This document shows, one piece after another, positions 38,217 to 51,900 of a DNA stretch of 64,000 nt. Within the stretch, counting starts at the first letter, position 1. The number at the start of each line of letters is the position of its first letter. The notes under the pieces were generated by a model, which was given only the letters and a program-made list of their open reading frames with translations, searched no databases and had not been told where the DNA came from. The translations under genes and the position numbers were made by a program. The stretch is from Phoronis australis (lineage: Eukaryota > Animalia > Phoronida). The stretch lies in the NCBI GenBank assembly GCA_002633005.1, contig NMRA01000245.1, forward strand, positions 372,001 through 436,000, given 5' to 3'.

Positions 38217-38893
38217 CTACTTTGATACTTTTGGCTCAGGTAGAGTGGCTAGTATAAATCCTGTTGGTGCAGTAACTACAGTGGCCATGAGTGCTGATGT
38301 ACCAATCTTCCACTGAAAGAGAAAATGTACAACGCAACAAATCCCATTTGACTAATAACTTGTAACACCAACAGAGTGAGCTACCGTGCTCAATTCGTCA
38401 ACTTATTTTAGGTGAAATACTAAGTACATTGTTTTTTTTTGGTACAAACAGGGAAGGCAGAACACTGCAAGTTTCTATGAAACTTTTGGTTGGCAAATCT
38501 GTCAAACATATGTCTGTGGTCAAACACTAGAGGGGGCGACAATCTTAAATAATGATTTATTCCGTACACTGATTACCCTTCACTGTTATTCACAACACAG
38601 GAGACATGTCTAGATTCCCTTAGCCACTGAGACCTTTGAACCCACCCGGGTCAGTGAGACCTTGGTGTCAGGTAAAAGTCAGTTCAGAACTCAAGCTAAC
38701 GAAACATGTCTCCATTCATGAACTTGTTTAGAAAACAACTCTCACCGCCTACGTCTACGAATACACACATCGCGTAACTTACTAATGATGAAGTGGGATT
38801 CTTCGGTGGACCTGAAACAACAAGGGATGAAACTTGTCTCCTTTGCACAGAAGTAAGAAAGCGAACACCAACGTGTCTGGCTAGGGTAAGCAT
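38217..38893 (-). CDS. COX8: Cytochrome c oxidase subunit 8-like microprotein, 68 aa
   Basis: Exon 1 is 38893-38783 (ends TTA|GTAAGT) and exon 2 is 38312-38217 (TTTCAG|TGG). The product is MLTLARHVGVRFLTSVQRRQVSSLVVSGPPKNPTSSLWKIGTSALMATVVTAPTGFILATLPEPKVSK: an Arg-rich acid-free presequence, the VVSGPP motif of invertebrate COX8, and one TM helix. AATAAA on - at 37607-37602. Confidence 0.8.
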
Positions 38894-39120
38894 TTTGCTC
38901 CGCTCCGGTCAATGGCCTACGTGACTGAAGTGAGGTTGTACTCCCGACAAGAGTCGGATTTAGACGGATAGTAACGGAACTTGACGGAGTTAGGGACTCC
39001 TTTGCCGGAACTAGACGGACTCTCACGAATGTTGTAGATTTCGCCATTTTGAAGACGAGGTTGGTTGATTTCGAGGTTTGTGACTCGGTTTCGAGTTTTC
39101 TTCTGCTCCAACAATGTTTT
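38894..39120. promoter_or_regulatory. Putative bidirectional promoter between COX8 (-) and CaRF (+)
   Basis: A CpG-richer stretch with YY1-type CGCCATTTTG near 39042 and ACGTGAC near 38919. The two ATGs are only about 1.05 kb apart. Confidence 0.45.
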
Positions 39121-39945
39121 GTTATGTTGGTGAATTCAGTTTGGGATATGCCTTACTGGTTCATGTTCTGTCAAGTGAATTGGACAGAACTTATTTTTGG
39201 GTCGTGAGGTTTCATCCATTCTGTTAACATTTGTGCTGGACAATGAATAATTGCCGTGGCAAGCCATGGGACAAATCTACGCAGTCTCAGCAGTGCCTGG
39301 GCAGTACTGCTCTACTGCCAGCCTTGGACTTGGACTTGGAGGCTTGGATAGCTAACCAGTCCTAGCCATGTGCCTGCTACCAGACCCAGTTGACACTTTT
39401 CGTGCCAAACACTCAAGATGCCTTTAATAGTGTAGATTTGCTGGATACGAATCATCCAATCAGAATCCAGAAAGTTTAGTGCAGGCTATCTATCTGTAAC
39501 AGTGTAAGCTTGGTAAGCTAAATTCATCAGTTGCCAGTGTGAGAAAAAAAGTTTTTACTTGGCTGCTAAATTTGTTGAGCAACCACAGATGTTGACTTTG
39601 AGCGCCATGAAAGGAAGCATCACGTATTGGCCATTTTTTCTCATCTCAAATTTTCTATTAAGATTGCGGATAGTTCACGGCAAACTTGTGGATTGTACAT
39701 GTACCCTAGATAGTGGAGAGCTCTGTTTCTGTTACTTATGCCATCAATGTTGAATGATATAATGAAAGTTTCATGAATGGGTGAGTAGTAAAACTATCTG
39801 GGCGGTGTGAAATTTTGAGGTGTGTATAACTTTTACAGTTGTCAGTCCCTAGCTGTGTTTTGAGGCTAAGTCTTGGCTAAGACAATAAGAGCATTTCTCC
39901 TAAAATGTTTTGACTCATTAATCATAAGTTCAATTCCCTTCCAGC

Positions 39946-42900
39946 ATGGCTACCTCAGACGACAAAGATCACCCCAGTCATTCTCAGGGCCTAGTTGAAG
40001 TAAACAATGACCCTCTTATGAAAGCAGTTGAATCTCTGTCACACGATTCGGTCACTGTGTCGTCAGCTGAGATGACCAAAATTGAAGATACAGCCACTTT
40101 ACAGTTAGTTGCTGCAGGTATTACGTATTTCTAAAATTCCGTAACCCCGATTATGAGTGCAGAACAAGTTCACGGTCACTTTGAATCCAAAAGCAACATC
40201 ACGAAAAACAAGCTCCAACAGTTTTTTTATAAAAAGATTCCGTTCCAGATAACCCATGGGCAGCCTGTTGGTCTGTAGTTCGCTATTTTGTGTTAATTTT
40301 CATTCACATTTGACTTGGTTGACTATTCCATGTCTAGGTTGTGTAGGATGTTCATGACAAGTCTGCGTTTTATGTAGCGAAATATCTACAAAACACGGTA
40401 TAAGTATAAACTTTCTGAAAGTGAAAAGCCTGCAGAATTTGGTTTTTGGCTTTATCATTATGGTTGTTGGGTTTATCATTATGGTTTTTGGCTTTATCAT
40501 TATGGTTGTTGGCTTTATCATTATGGTTGTTGGCTTTATCATTATGCCATTAATTGTGTCACAGGACTATGCGTTTCGGTATAGTTTAACCAAAAACATT
40601 GATCAGGATCAACTGCATGACCAAATTTCATTTGCTGTAATTCAAGATTACAGTTTCTAAAAATGTCATTTCATTTTCATTCTATGCAGCCTTTGATTTT
40701 TTGCATGAAAATCATGAAAGTTATTTTTGATAGTCATTCGTGCAAAAGCGTAACATTTAAAAACAATGTCTAACAACATTTCGTATTTGAATTTTTATTC
40801 ACCTTTTATGAGATATGATGTTCCAAAGGTAGCCAGATTCGAAATTTTTCGAGGGTCCTACATAACCTAGAAATGTCAATGTATAGAGTTGGACTAGATG
40901 GACTCAACCAAACCTTGAAAATCTGAAGTTCCCTACAGCTCTATCTTGGGGCTTTTAGATGTTTATAAATATTCAGTTGTACCTTTAGTCGGGCATGGTA
41001 ATGTATGTGGATCACGTCGCAATTTTTTGTATCTGACAAGTCCATGTATTTGACGAACACCTCTTTGCAGTCTGATTTAGCTAACATTGAAGGCTGGTGT
41101 TAAACAGCAAAATGATTGTTATTACAATTAAAACCAAAAATGTGTCACCATTAAACATACGGATCGCAGACAAGATTTTAAAATACATCTCACATTTGAA
41201 GATTTCTCTGTATGAACACTTAAGTAACTTGGCGTCAAAATTGATAATATATTATCTTGGGATGACAATGTTTATGGGGTCGTCTCCAAAACGCGTCAGA
41301 GACTTGAGCTTTTTAAGTCCTAATTACCCTTGTCATCCCGCGAAGGACAACTTGAGATATTTTGATTCCTGTGTGTCGCCCCATTTTGTATATTGTGTTG
41401 TTTGGCCAAGTTGCACAGTTGGCTAAATCCAAAACATTTCTCAGAAGTGGTCGATCAGGTGTGCATGAAACTTTCACATATTTTATGCGCTGTTCTCCAA
41501 AATGCTGTTTGGAGGTGCTTTTAAAATGCCCTAGTTTTGCATGGGGGGGGAGGTGGCTGTAGTGGAAGTATTTTTGAAAATTGTAACTGCATTTTTGAGA
41601 CTTCATTAAATGAAATTTGGGCATGCTATTGCTACCATTGTTTTACTGTGGACTTTCTTTTTTTCTAAATTTCACCAAAAATACAAGGTATGGTATAAAG
41701 TTTAAAATCGAAGTCCACAGACTTTCTACTTTCTGAAAATATGTGCTTTTGAGTTGTTAAGTTGTTAATATCTAGTTATCCAGATTTTTGGTTTAATTTA
41801 CAGATTTGTGGATAAGGTCCCACATAACATTAAACTGAGTGCCTATTGATTAGTGTTAGCATTAATAGTAATGTTTCCAAATGTTACCATGGTGATGCAC
41901 CTTGACCTGAAACATACCAGTTCTCTCCACACGTAGAACCAACCAATGGTTTTAGTGCCAAGGTACATGGCTGCTTTTTTGCCTGGCATTTTCTGTCCAT
42001 GTCACTAGAGAGAGTGAGAAGAAATTTAAGAAAAAAAATGTACAGCCCCCCTCGGTGATCGTAAGTTTCTAATTCATTCTCATTGTACAACTGTGCTCAA
42101 CTATCATCACATTAAGTGTAATTTGTTTATTTATTTGTCTGCATTTCCTTTCACTATCTGGTAGACAAACATAATTGCTTAAGATGCATCTCGTTAAATT
42201 TTATCCTGAATGAAATATGATTCTTTCATTTTTAATAGAGGTTAAAGATATGCAATGTTCAAGGCCTGTTCTGTAGCTACCATCACTCGTTATTTTGAGA
42301 AACTGTTGGCAATGTTAAAAGCCTTTGAGATATGAAAAGGGACTATTTTGGTGATTAGTTTTGTTTGAGATTGACGAATTTTTTATCGTGTGTTGATAGC
42401 ATGCCCACCTGTGCCCTTTCAGTGCCATCCACAGACAACACCACTCTACAGAGCCTACTGTCCAATGTACAGACCACATCTGCTCAGCTTGTCTCACCTT
42501 CTGGTCAGCCCGAGACTATTGAGATTATAACGGTGAACAACCAGAATGACCAGCAAGTGTTAATAGGTAACTTGACCATTTACTGAAATTGTAGTGACAT
42601 CCGGTGGGTTTGTGATAGACAGGCCAGAAAGTCAGAACTGGGAATTGTACGTCATTCAATGACAGTAGAATCATCTGAACTTTACAAAATGTTCAGTTCA
42701 TTGTCAAAGTCCTTGGGTTTTCCATTTACAGAACATTGTTTTGTTGTGGAACTTATGAGAGATTGCATAGTCACAAATGGAACTGGAGAAAGAATAGCTA
42801 CCTAGATAATAGCATGCATAACATACATTAATTTTACACACCAGTCATACATTGATTCAAGATGGCTTCTGTTAAGCCAAACATTAACGTATACTAATGA

Positions 42901-45900
42901 GAATTTAGTGTTTCCTAAGTTGGCATTAAAAATAAATCTTAATAAAATGTTATGTTTGATCTCTTTTCCTAACTTTGCTAATAGATGACAACAAGCAAGT
43001 GTGGCAGTTGATCCCTGCCATTGGCAACCAACAGGCTATCATCGTTACCGAGGCTAACTCACAGCAGGGGGGTCAGGATGACCAGCGGGGTGATGGCCTG
43101 ACAGGTCTACAGTATGTGACATCCGAAGCCTTGAGTGGACAGGCTATACTGCCAATACAGCCCAACCTGCCGGAGAACTGTCCAGCGTGGGCCGCACGAC
43201 TGCGAGACTGTGAGGTGAGGGATGCACAATTCAAGAAGACACACCTCTTCAGAGCCTGTCCATAATTATCACCATATTCAGGGAGTGTAAATAACAAACA
43301 CTTTTCCAGGCCCTCTTTTGAAAACGCAGATTTTAATATACCAGGATTTNATGGTGATGCACCTTGACCTGAAACATACCAGTTCTCTCCACACATAGAA
43401 CCAACCAATGGTTTTAGTGCCAAGGTACATGGCTGCTTTTTTGCCTGGCATTTTCTGTCCATGTCACTAGAGAGAGTGAGATGCTATTTCTGATAACATT
43501 TAACAGATTATTACTTCTAAGAAATTTAAGAAAAAAATGCACAGCCCCCTCGGTGATCGTAAGTTTCTAATTCATTCTCATTGTACAACTGTGGTCAACT
43601 ATCATCACATTAAGTGTAATTTGTTTATTTATTTGTCTGCATATCCTTTCACTATCTGGTAGACAAACATAATTGCTTAAGATGCATCTCGTTAAATTTT
43701 ATCCTGAATGAAATGTGATTCTTTCATTTTTAATAGAGGTTAAAGATATGCAATGTTCAAGGCCTGTTCTGTAGCTACCATCACTCGTTATTTTGAGAAA
43801 CTGTGGGCAATGTTAGAAGCCTTTGAGATATGAAAAGGGGCTATTTTGGTGATTAGTTTTGTTTGAGATTGACGAATTTTTTATCGTGTGTTGATAGCAT
43901 GCCCACCTGTGCCCTTTCAGTGCCGTCCACAGACAACACCACTCTACAGAGCCTACTGTCCAATGTACAGACCACATCTGCTCAGCTTGTCTCACCTTCT
44001 GGTCAGCCCGAGACTATTGAGATTATAACGGTGAACAACCAGAATGACCAGCAAGTGTTAATAGGTAAATTGACCATTTACTGAAATTGTAGTGACATCC
44101 GGTGGGTTTGTGGTAGACAGGCCAGAAAGTCAGAACTGGGAATTGTACGTCATTCAACAACAGCACAATCATCTGAACTTTACAAAATGTTCAGTTCATT
44201 GTCAAAGTCCTTGCGTGGGTTTTCCATTTACAGAACATCGTTTTGTTGTGGAACTTATGAGAGATTGCATAGTCACAAATGGAACTGGAGAAAGAATAGC
44301 TACCTAGATAATAGCATGCATAACATACATTAATTTTACACACCAGTCATACATTAATTCAAGATGGCTTCTGTTAAGCCAAACATTAACGTATACTAAT
44401 GAGAATTTAGTGTTTCCTAAGTTGGCATTAAAAATAAATCTTAATAAAATGTTATGTTTGATCTCTTTTCCTAACTTTGCTAATAGATGACAACAAGCAA
44501 GTGTGGCAGTTGATCCCTGCCATTGGCAACCAACAGGCTATCATCGTTACCGAGGCTAACTCACAGCAGGGGGGTCAGGATGACCAGCGGGGTGATGGCC
44601 TGACAGGTCTACAGTATGTGACATCCGAAGCCTTGAGTGGACAGGCTATACTGCCAATACAGCCCAACCTGCCGGAGAACTGTCCAGCGTGGGCCGCACG
44701 ACTGCGAGACTGTGAGGTGAGGGATGCACAATTCAAGAAGACACACCTCTTCAGAGCCTGTCCATAATTATCACCATATTCAGGGAGTGTAAATAACAAA
44801 CACTTTTCCAGGCCCTCTTTTGAAAACGCAGATTTTAATATACCAGGATTTATTAATATTAGGTAGCGTTCACTTGTAACGTGATGACTCGAAGGGGGGG
44901 GGGGTGTTTGGAAAAGGTGACGATTGATGACGAGGAGGGAGGGTTAGACTCATGCTGATGTCATCATGTGGTCTATTAGAATATCTTTATCACAGTATGA
45001 ATTGTCGAAAAACTGGTTCCTCCTCCAGCAGAGTTGACTAATTCCAAAACCACTACCCCTGTTTCACACTTCCAAGATTTGATTATATTTCACAAGACGT
45101 ACCTTATAAGCATGTGCATACTAGACAAATAACAGACCCACTTCATCACTGCCTAAATGGGGGGCTGGGTAAAAACGGCAAGTTTTGGATGATGTAACAT
45201 GTGAATGCCCCTTTAACTGCAAATGCATCACTCGGCCTTTACGAAAATGCCATCGCCATTTTTTTATGTCAAAAATGTTTGCCAGCGGCAGGCCTGAACC
45301 CCAACCTCTCTAAAGTGTAAGTTTTGAAACTCGCGAAAATGGCGAGAATTTTGAATGATTACGTAATGAATGCATTGTAATATATTAAGGATATAAATGG
45401 CACGTGTTCTTCAGCGCTACATTGTAGAGTTAAGAATTAACATAAGCGGGATCATGTGGAAGTCAATTCTGCAGTATTTGTATCCTCTGCTATATGAAAA
45501 TGTGACTTTGAACACTATCGAAATGGCAACTTGAGGACAGTTTCAGTTTTATGGAGGATACAAGATATGATATCAGTATTGCAAATACAGTAGAGCCCAC
45601 TTAATGACATACCATGTCATAGAGTATCCTGGATGTTGTTATGAAGTGTAAATGATGTACCATTTTCATTAAACCGTATGAAATAATCTGTAAAATGTTT
45701 CACTGTGATATTCCCAGAGATAATTATTAAATATAGAAATTGATTCTCACCTGCTTATTGGCGTATGTATCTTCGCTTTTCTATCTAAAAATCAGCCTTA
45801 TTCATCTTTAATTTGCCTTATCGGAACTCGCTGACAAGACTAAAAAGCTGTTAAGTTGTCTACTCTGAGACTCTCCACTTAGCGTGATTAGTCTACAGGT

Positions 45901-48900
45901 TACAATTGCTGCCATGTTGGAACTCACTTAATGGAATATCCCTACTATTATCAAAATTTGCGTCGAAACCGAGGCTATGACATAAAGTGGGAACCACTGT
46001 GCAATGGAAACAACGAAATCTGATGGAGTACGAGGAGAAGGAACTGAGATTTGGGCTAATGTAACGGTAATGCAAGATGGAAACCAAGTGCAGAGGGTAA
46101 CAAAGTCCCCTTATTGCAGTCATCTTTGCGATGCTGAGAAACGGAGATGTACTGCATTAGGCATTGAATTATAGGTTTTTTCACTTGTCTTTGGATCTTA
46201 TTTTAAACAGCACATGTTTGTGTTTGTATTTTGTAAAAATGTTCTGGTGGCCTGATTACACTGAATAAGTGACTAGTACTAACGCTATACTCTTATTTGA
46301 TTTAGGTGATCGGCACATCATACAGAGGGTGGGTGGAGAGCGAGGTAGAACTCGATCTACTACTCACCTTCCACAAACAACAGACGCACAGCTTCTGGGG
46401 CACTAGGCAGAGCCCATGCTCATCCAAACCGGCTACGCGCCTCATGTGGCGCTCACAGTATGTACCCTTTGATGGAGTCCCCTTTGTGAACTCAGGTATG
46501 TAGATGGGTTTGAACTTCGACTTTTCAGTTGTGCTCATTTTCAGTAGCTCTCACGCATGCTGGCTTTGTTATACTTGTTTAAGTATTCAATCATTTTCAA
46601 AGTATTTGTGATATTCTAATGTTAACAGTCATACTTGGATTATAAAAGAATCACCCTGTTTAACTGACCTTCACAAAAATTTCCATTCCCAAATTCCAGA
46701 AATCTGCCTCTTGTCTGAAATCCACTACAGAAAATCCTTTACATACCGTTTATGAATGCCCCTTGACCTCATGCTTTATGCAAATTAGTTCCATTCAACT
46801 GTCCCAGTCTATAAGACGCTCATTGGGCTTCCACAGCCAAATCCTATGTACACAGTTTGTGTCTGCATGCACAGTTTGCAGAAGATTCATGAATTAAAAA
46901 CAGCTTCTCCAGGATTCATGATTGATTGTTGAATGTAAAGCATACTTGGTAACTACTTACTGAAAGACTATGTGAGTCGATCTACTTGATCGTGAAAAGG
47001 ACACGCTCTATAATTTGCTTCATTGAGCATTTCCACTACCCTAGGTAGCATTTTGATTTCCGAAATTTAGGCCAAAAGCGATGAAGAACTCTAGTGGAAA
47101 ATCACAAGGTGGGAGGGGGTAGTGGAATGACAGTGCTACCTACGTTCAAGTGTCACGTAACCCATGAACTGGTTGGAGCTGGTGATCAACTGTTCTTGGT
47201 GTTTTCAGATGTTATAAGGAGGGTCTTTTCTTCATGAATACTACCTGGTTCATGTCCTGGCATTCACTTCAATTCTCTATTGCAAATGTGATTTTCAACT
47301 GTCTTTCGTGACGTCCCCTGCAAACGTTATGCTTCAATCAAGGAAATGATACAGAATTCATGAAATTTCAGGAAGTCGTGCAGTAGTGATGGAATGCCAA
47401 TATGGTCCACGAAGGAAAGGCAGTCAGATTAAGAGGGATGGGCATTTGTTAGCCACGGAGTTCAAACAGACATGTCCTGCTAGGTATGGATGACTTGTAT
47501 TAGCTGAGTGACTAGACCGTATTACCACTCGCATGCTCTATTAACTGGAATCGAGCATTCCGTCTTTGATAGCGCACTTTGATGATTTAGTATAAGTGGA
47601 ATGTTGAATTTCTAAAACTAATTCTCAAGATCAGCAATTTCTTCTATCGTTTACTTCATTGGTTGTCATGGTGATTGTAAGTTCAGCTGAATCGGAGAAA
47701 GGGTACACATCAGGAAAGCATTTAAAATGCCCAGAAATAAAGAAGTTGGACGACTGCAGGATGCATGCTTCATAACCGGTGTGGATATATAGACTGCAGA
47801 CATTTTTATGTCTCGTAGGCACGCCATCTGTTGGTCACGTGATACACATCCCTTGCAGCATTCCAGTCGTAAGGTCTTAACAATGTGAAATAAGTGTTCA
47901 TTTCAAATTTGAGATGAATTGCACACTTCTAGCAGTTACCAATCATATACTGTTGTCGGAGATATCGTAATTTTGAATCACATGTTATAGTCAATTCATG
48001 TATTTCAGGATTTATGTAAAAAAAGTGCGTAAAATTCCTGAGTACTCAGTGCCTTTGAACTTCAATAAGAAAAGCATGAAGTTTACCATGGACCGGATCT
48101 TCCAGGAGCTGAAACAGAGAGGCTTTGATGGCCTCGGCCAGGAGAGGTATAATTGACCTATAAAAAGCCTCTAACTGGGGAAGCTTTTTTGGTTCGATCT
48201 TTGAGCCTTGACCCTTTTAAAGTGAAAGGGGTGGAATCAAAGTGTCAAAATGGTCCAAGACTGTTAGCTGGGTAAAAGAGCTTGATGCCGGGAGAGGGTT
48301 TAAATTTGGAAGAAGGCCATTGGCCAAAAGCCCTTAAGTGTGCACTTAGTATTTTAGTATCTGGCTTCATTATGCCTGTCATGTTTATCTTGATAAATAT
48401 TTTGTTGCTGTGTCTGACTAGAGTTTTGCTTAGGGCTGTTCCAGTAAAATCCGTGTGGGAGGGGGGGGACGGCAGTAGAAATAAAAATTCATGGGTGGTG
48501 GTCTTCAGAAAAAACTCAAATTATGGGTGGTCGTTCTTGTAAGAAGTGATGCATTAAAAATGTGTGGTATTTTTTGATCTGTTAACCTTGACAGGTTGGT
48601 TAATTCAGCCAACACATCTCCAAAGCAATCAAAACTCAAAAAATGCGATTGGCATATATCCCAACTTATCCCAATACAAAAAAGCCCATATTGCCAGTGA
48701 ACAGAGTGCAATATGTTCAATAAGCCATTAATCAAGTCATGGGCAACTTGATTTGAGCCAAGTGCTTGTCTGCAGTCCTATTGAATTGAAAAGTTATGCA
48801 ACACTAAACTGGTGTTAACACATATAAGAAAATTGATGATTTTTAAATAAAAAGTATGAGGAGTAAGATAAACAAGTTCCAATATTCACTTGACATAGAA

Positions 48901-51900
48901 GTATAAAAGAGTTTGTGGAGCCAGTTTGAGATTCATAGATCCTTATAATTGAAAAAATGTTCATTGAAATTATAGACATATGGTGAACAGAGACACCTGG
49001 TGGCTGCCAAAAGTATTGTTCACAGGCTACTTTAATTTTTGACAATGTTGGACAAGACAACTAGTTCTTGTCTGTCAATCATCTAAGTTCTTAACAGGTC
49101 CTCCTGGAGGCAATTTGTTTGCAAGTGTTGGATTTTATATTTTAACCTAATAATTAAAAAATTATGGGTCATGGGTTGGAGAAATAAATGAAAAATATGG
49201 GCGGTGGGTACGAAATAAAAGTGCCTTCCCCCCCTCCCATACAGATTTTGCTGGAACAGCCCTTAATATTGATTGACGAAACGACTTAGTAAATGATTCA
49301 ATAAACGCAACTGTCACACCTACATTTCCTTTACATTTACTGCTAAATGAGAAATCAATGAATGCTGATGGCGAGCTTGACAACAGTCTTAGCCGTCATG
49401 TGGGACTGTTAGCTCAGGAACATCACATCCTGTCACGTGGGACTGTTAGCTCAGGAACATCACATGCTTTCATGTGGGACTGTTAGCTCAAGAACATCAC
49501 ATCCTGTCATGTGGGACTGTTAGCTCAGGAACATCACATGCTTTCATGTGGGACTGTTAGCTCAAGAACATCACATCCTGTCATGTGGGACTGTTAGCTC
49601 AGGAACATTACATGCTTTCATGTGGGACTGTTAGCTCAAGAACATCACATCCTGTCATGTGGGACTGTTAGCTCAGGAACATCACATGCTTTCATGTGGG
49701 ACTGTTAGCTCAAGAACATCACATCCTGTCATGTGGGACTGTTAGCTCAGGAACATCACATGCTTTCATGTGGGACTGTTAGCTCAAGAACATCACATGC
49801 TGTCATGTGGGACTGTTAGCTCAGGAACATCACATCCTGTCATGTGGGACTGTTAGCTCAGGAACATCTCAGGCTGTCATGTGGCGCTGTTAGCTCAAGA
49901 ACATCACATGCTGTCATGTGTGATTGTTAGCTCAAGAACATCTCAGGCTGTCATGTGGCGCTGTTAGCTCAAGAACATCACATGCTGTCATGTGTGATTG
50001 TTAGCTCAGGAACATCACATCCTGTCGTGTGGGACTATTAGCTCAGGAACATCACATGCTGATGAACTACTATCTCTTCACTCTCAGCTGTGCTTCAAGT
50101 TACCCATTAGACCTATCAAGCTGGACATGACATTTTGTGCCTTGATACCATCGGCTTCAGCATTCAGTTGAAATTTAGAAACAACCTACGGTTGAAAGGC
50201 TGGCTGGCCTTGTGATATTGTGTCTTGTGTTGGAAGGGATGGTCAGCCTGTGATGTTCTTTCTAGGACTAGAAGCGCTGGGTGGCCCTGGGTGATTGTGT
50301 CTAGTGTTGGAAGGGATGAACGGCCTGGTGATGTTGCGAAATGTTTTTTTTCATGTCATTGCTATCAATGTCCTTCATACTAAAAGAAAGAAAACCTTAT
50401 CATGGTTAAGAAAATTTTGAGACCTGGTTTGCTTGAAGAAATAGTGGCCTTGTTTTAGTTTTTGATTTTAATGTAAACAAACTATTATGACTAAAAGCAA
50501 CAAATACTGTATCTTAGGTAACATATGTGTCTGTTTATATTGCAGGTATTATGTACAGCTCCCCACTGAGGCAGCTCATGAAAACCATGGTGATGAGCCA
50601 AGCAACAAGTCTTTTCTAGTCGAGGTGCCTAAAGAGATTGAGGCCTCCTCTAGCTCTCGGGTTGACCCACAAGTGGCAGCAAAGATTCGCGAGTTGGTAG
50701 CTGGGGGCGAGACCAGACTGTATGCTATACGGAAAAGACTGAGGTGTGTATTATGAAGTGACTATATGCTCTATGTGGCTAGCAGTTTTTCTTGTTAAAT
50801 GTGTAAAATTAATTTGCTGCTTAAAGTGGATACCTTCAGTACCAAGGATCAAAGCTCTTATAAAGCAACTTTTTTAGTGTTAATAATAGGATTATAAAAC
50901 TACTTTATTAAAATTTGTAATCATTATAGAATTTCTATGGGATATGTGGAGGAATGAGTTATCATTCCATACTATCTAGTTAAATTTGCCCCTAGTGTCG
51001 CACTTGGAGGCTAAGAAAGAGCTCTTCTCTGTCCTTTTGTTGAGATTCAAATAGGTACTTCCCTCAACCTCCCTAACTGTGAGTAAGTTTTCACAGTTTA
51101 CACAGCCCGCGCGTGTGAACATTATAGAGAAACCATATGCGGTGCCAGCTGATAGGAAAACCAAGAATTGAATGGGCCGTTTAACCCAGTGCACCTAGTA
51201 TGAACCGCCTCATGTTATTTGGATTCAGTTATGAATATTTGCTGATACCTGACCATTCTATTTCCAGGAGGTTCGTGGAGAAAGAAATATTTGATGGTAG
51301 TGATGATGTTCCGGAACGACACAATCTATGTTACTTTCCCACAGTACATGATATTCAGAATCACATTCATCAGGCTCTAAAGGACATTGAATCTGGCATT
51401 CTGCCCGTTACAGCCCCTACGGTGAGTAGTGTTTGCATAACTTGATATCCATAACCACATTCACCTGGCTCTGAGACACATTGAATCTGGCATTCTGCCT
51501 ACTACAGCACCATCAATGAGTAGTATTTGTATTCAGTGCTAGACTCGTAATAGTCTGAAGGCTAGTGAATATGATAATTTGTCTATTACTGCACCAAAAC
51601 CAGAGCTGCCAACCGTTCCGTTTTTACGGGACGCGTTCCGTATTTGAGAGGGAAAATCTGTGTTCCGGGCGCTTTTTGAAAAATCTGTATTTTAAAACTC
51701 GAAAAATCCGTATTTTAAAGTCTTTAAAATCATAGAAAATACGCGGCGCATTACAGCGTTATGTTTTCTTTCCCACACTCTAAGGCTTGGAGCTGCGGCG
51801 AAATCTAGGTCAAACCACCGAGTACCGCCCTCTTTGAATAATTTAATTGATGACTAAGTATGTCTCAAATATTTTATCCAATGAGAATCCAGCATTTACT

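Noticed and set aside
38590-38660. tRNA or tRNA-derived SINE in the COX8 intron
   Set aside because: There is an A-box-like stretch only, with no B box or cloverleaf.
40300-40660. Repetitive ORFs (IKPTTIM / GFIIMVV)
   Set aside because: These are translations of a 21-bp intronic tandem repeat with no splice or homology support.
49397-50062. CRISPR-like array of 37-bp repeats
   Set aside because: Units are contiguous with no unique spacers, there are no cas genes, and it lies in a eukaryotic intron.
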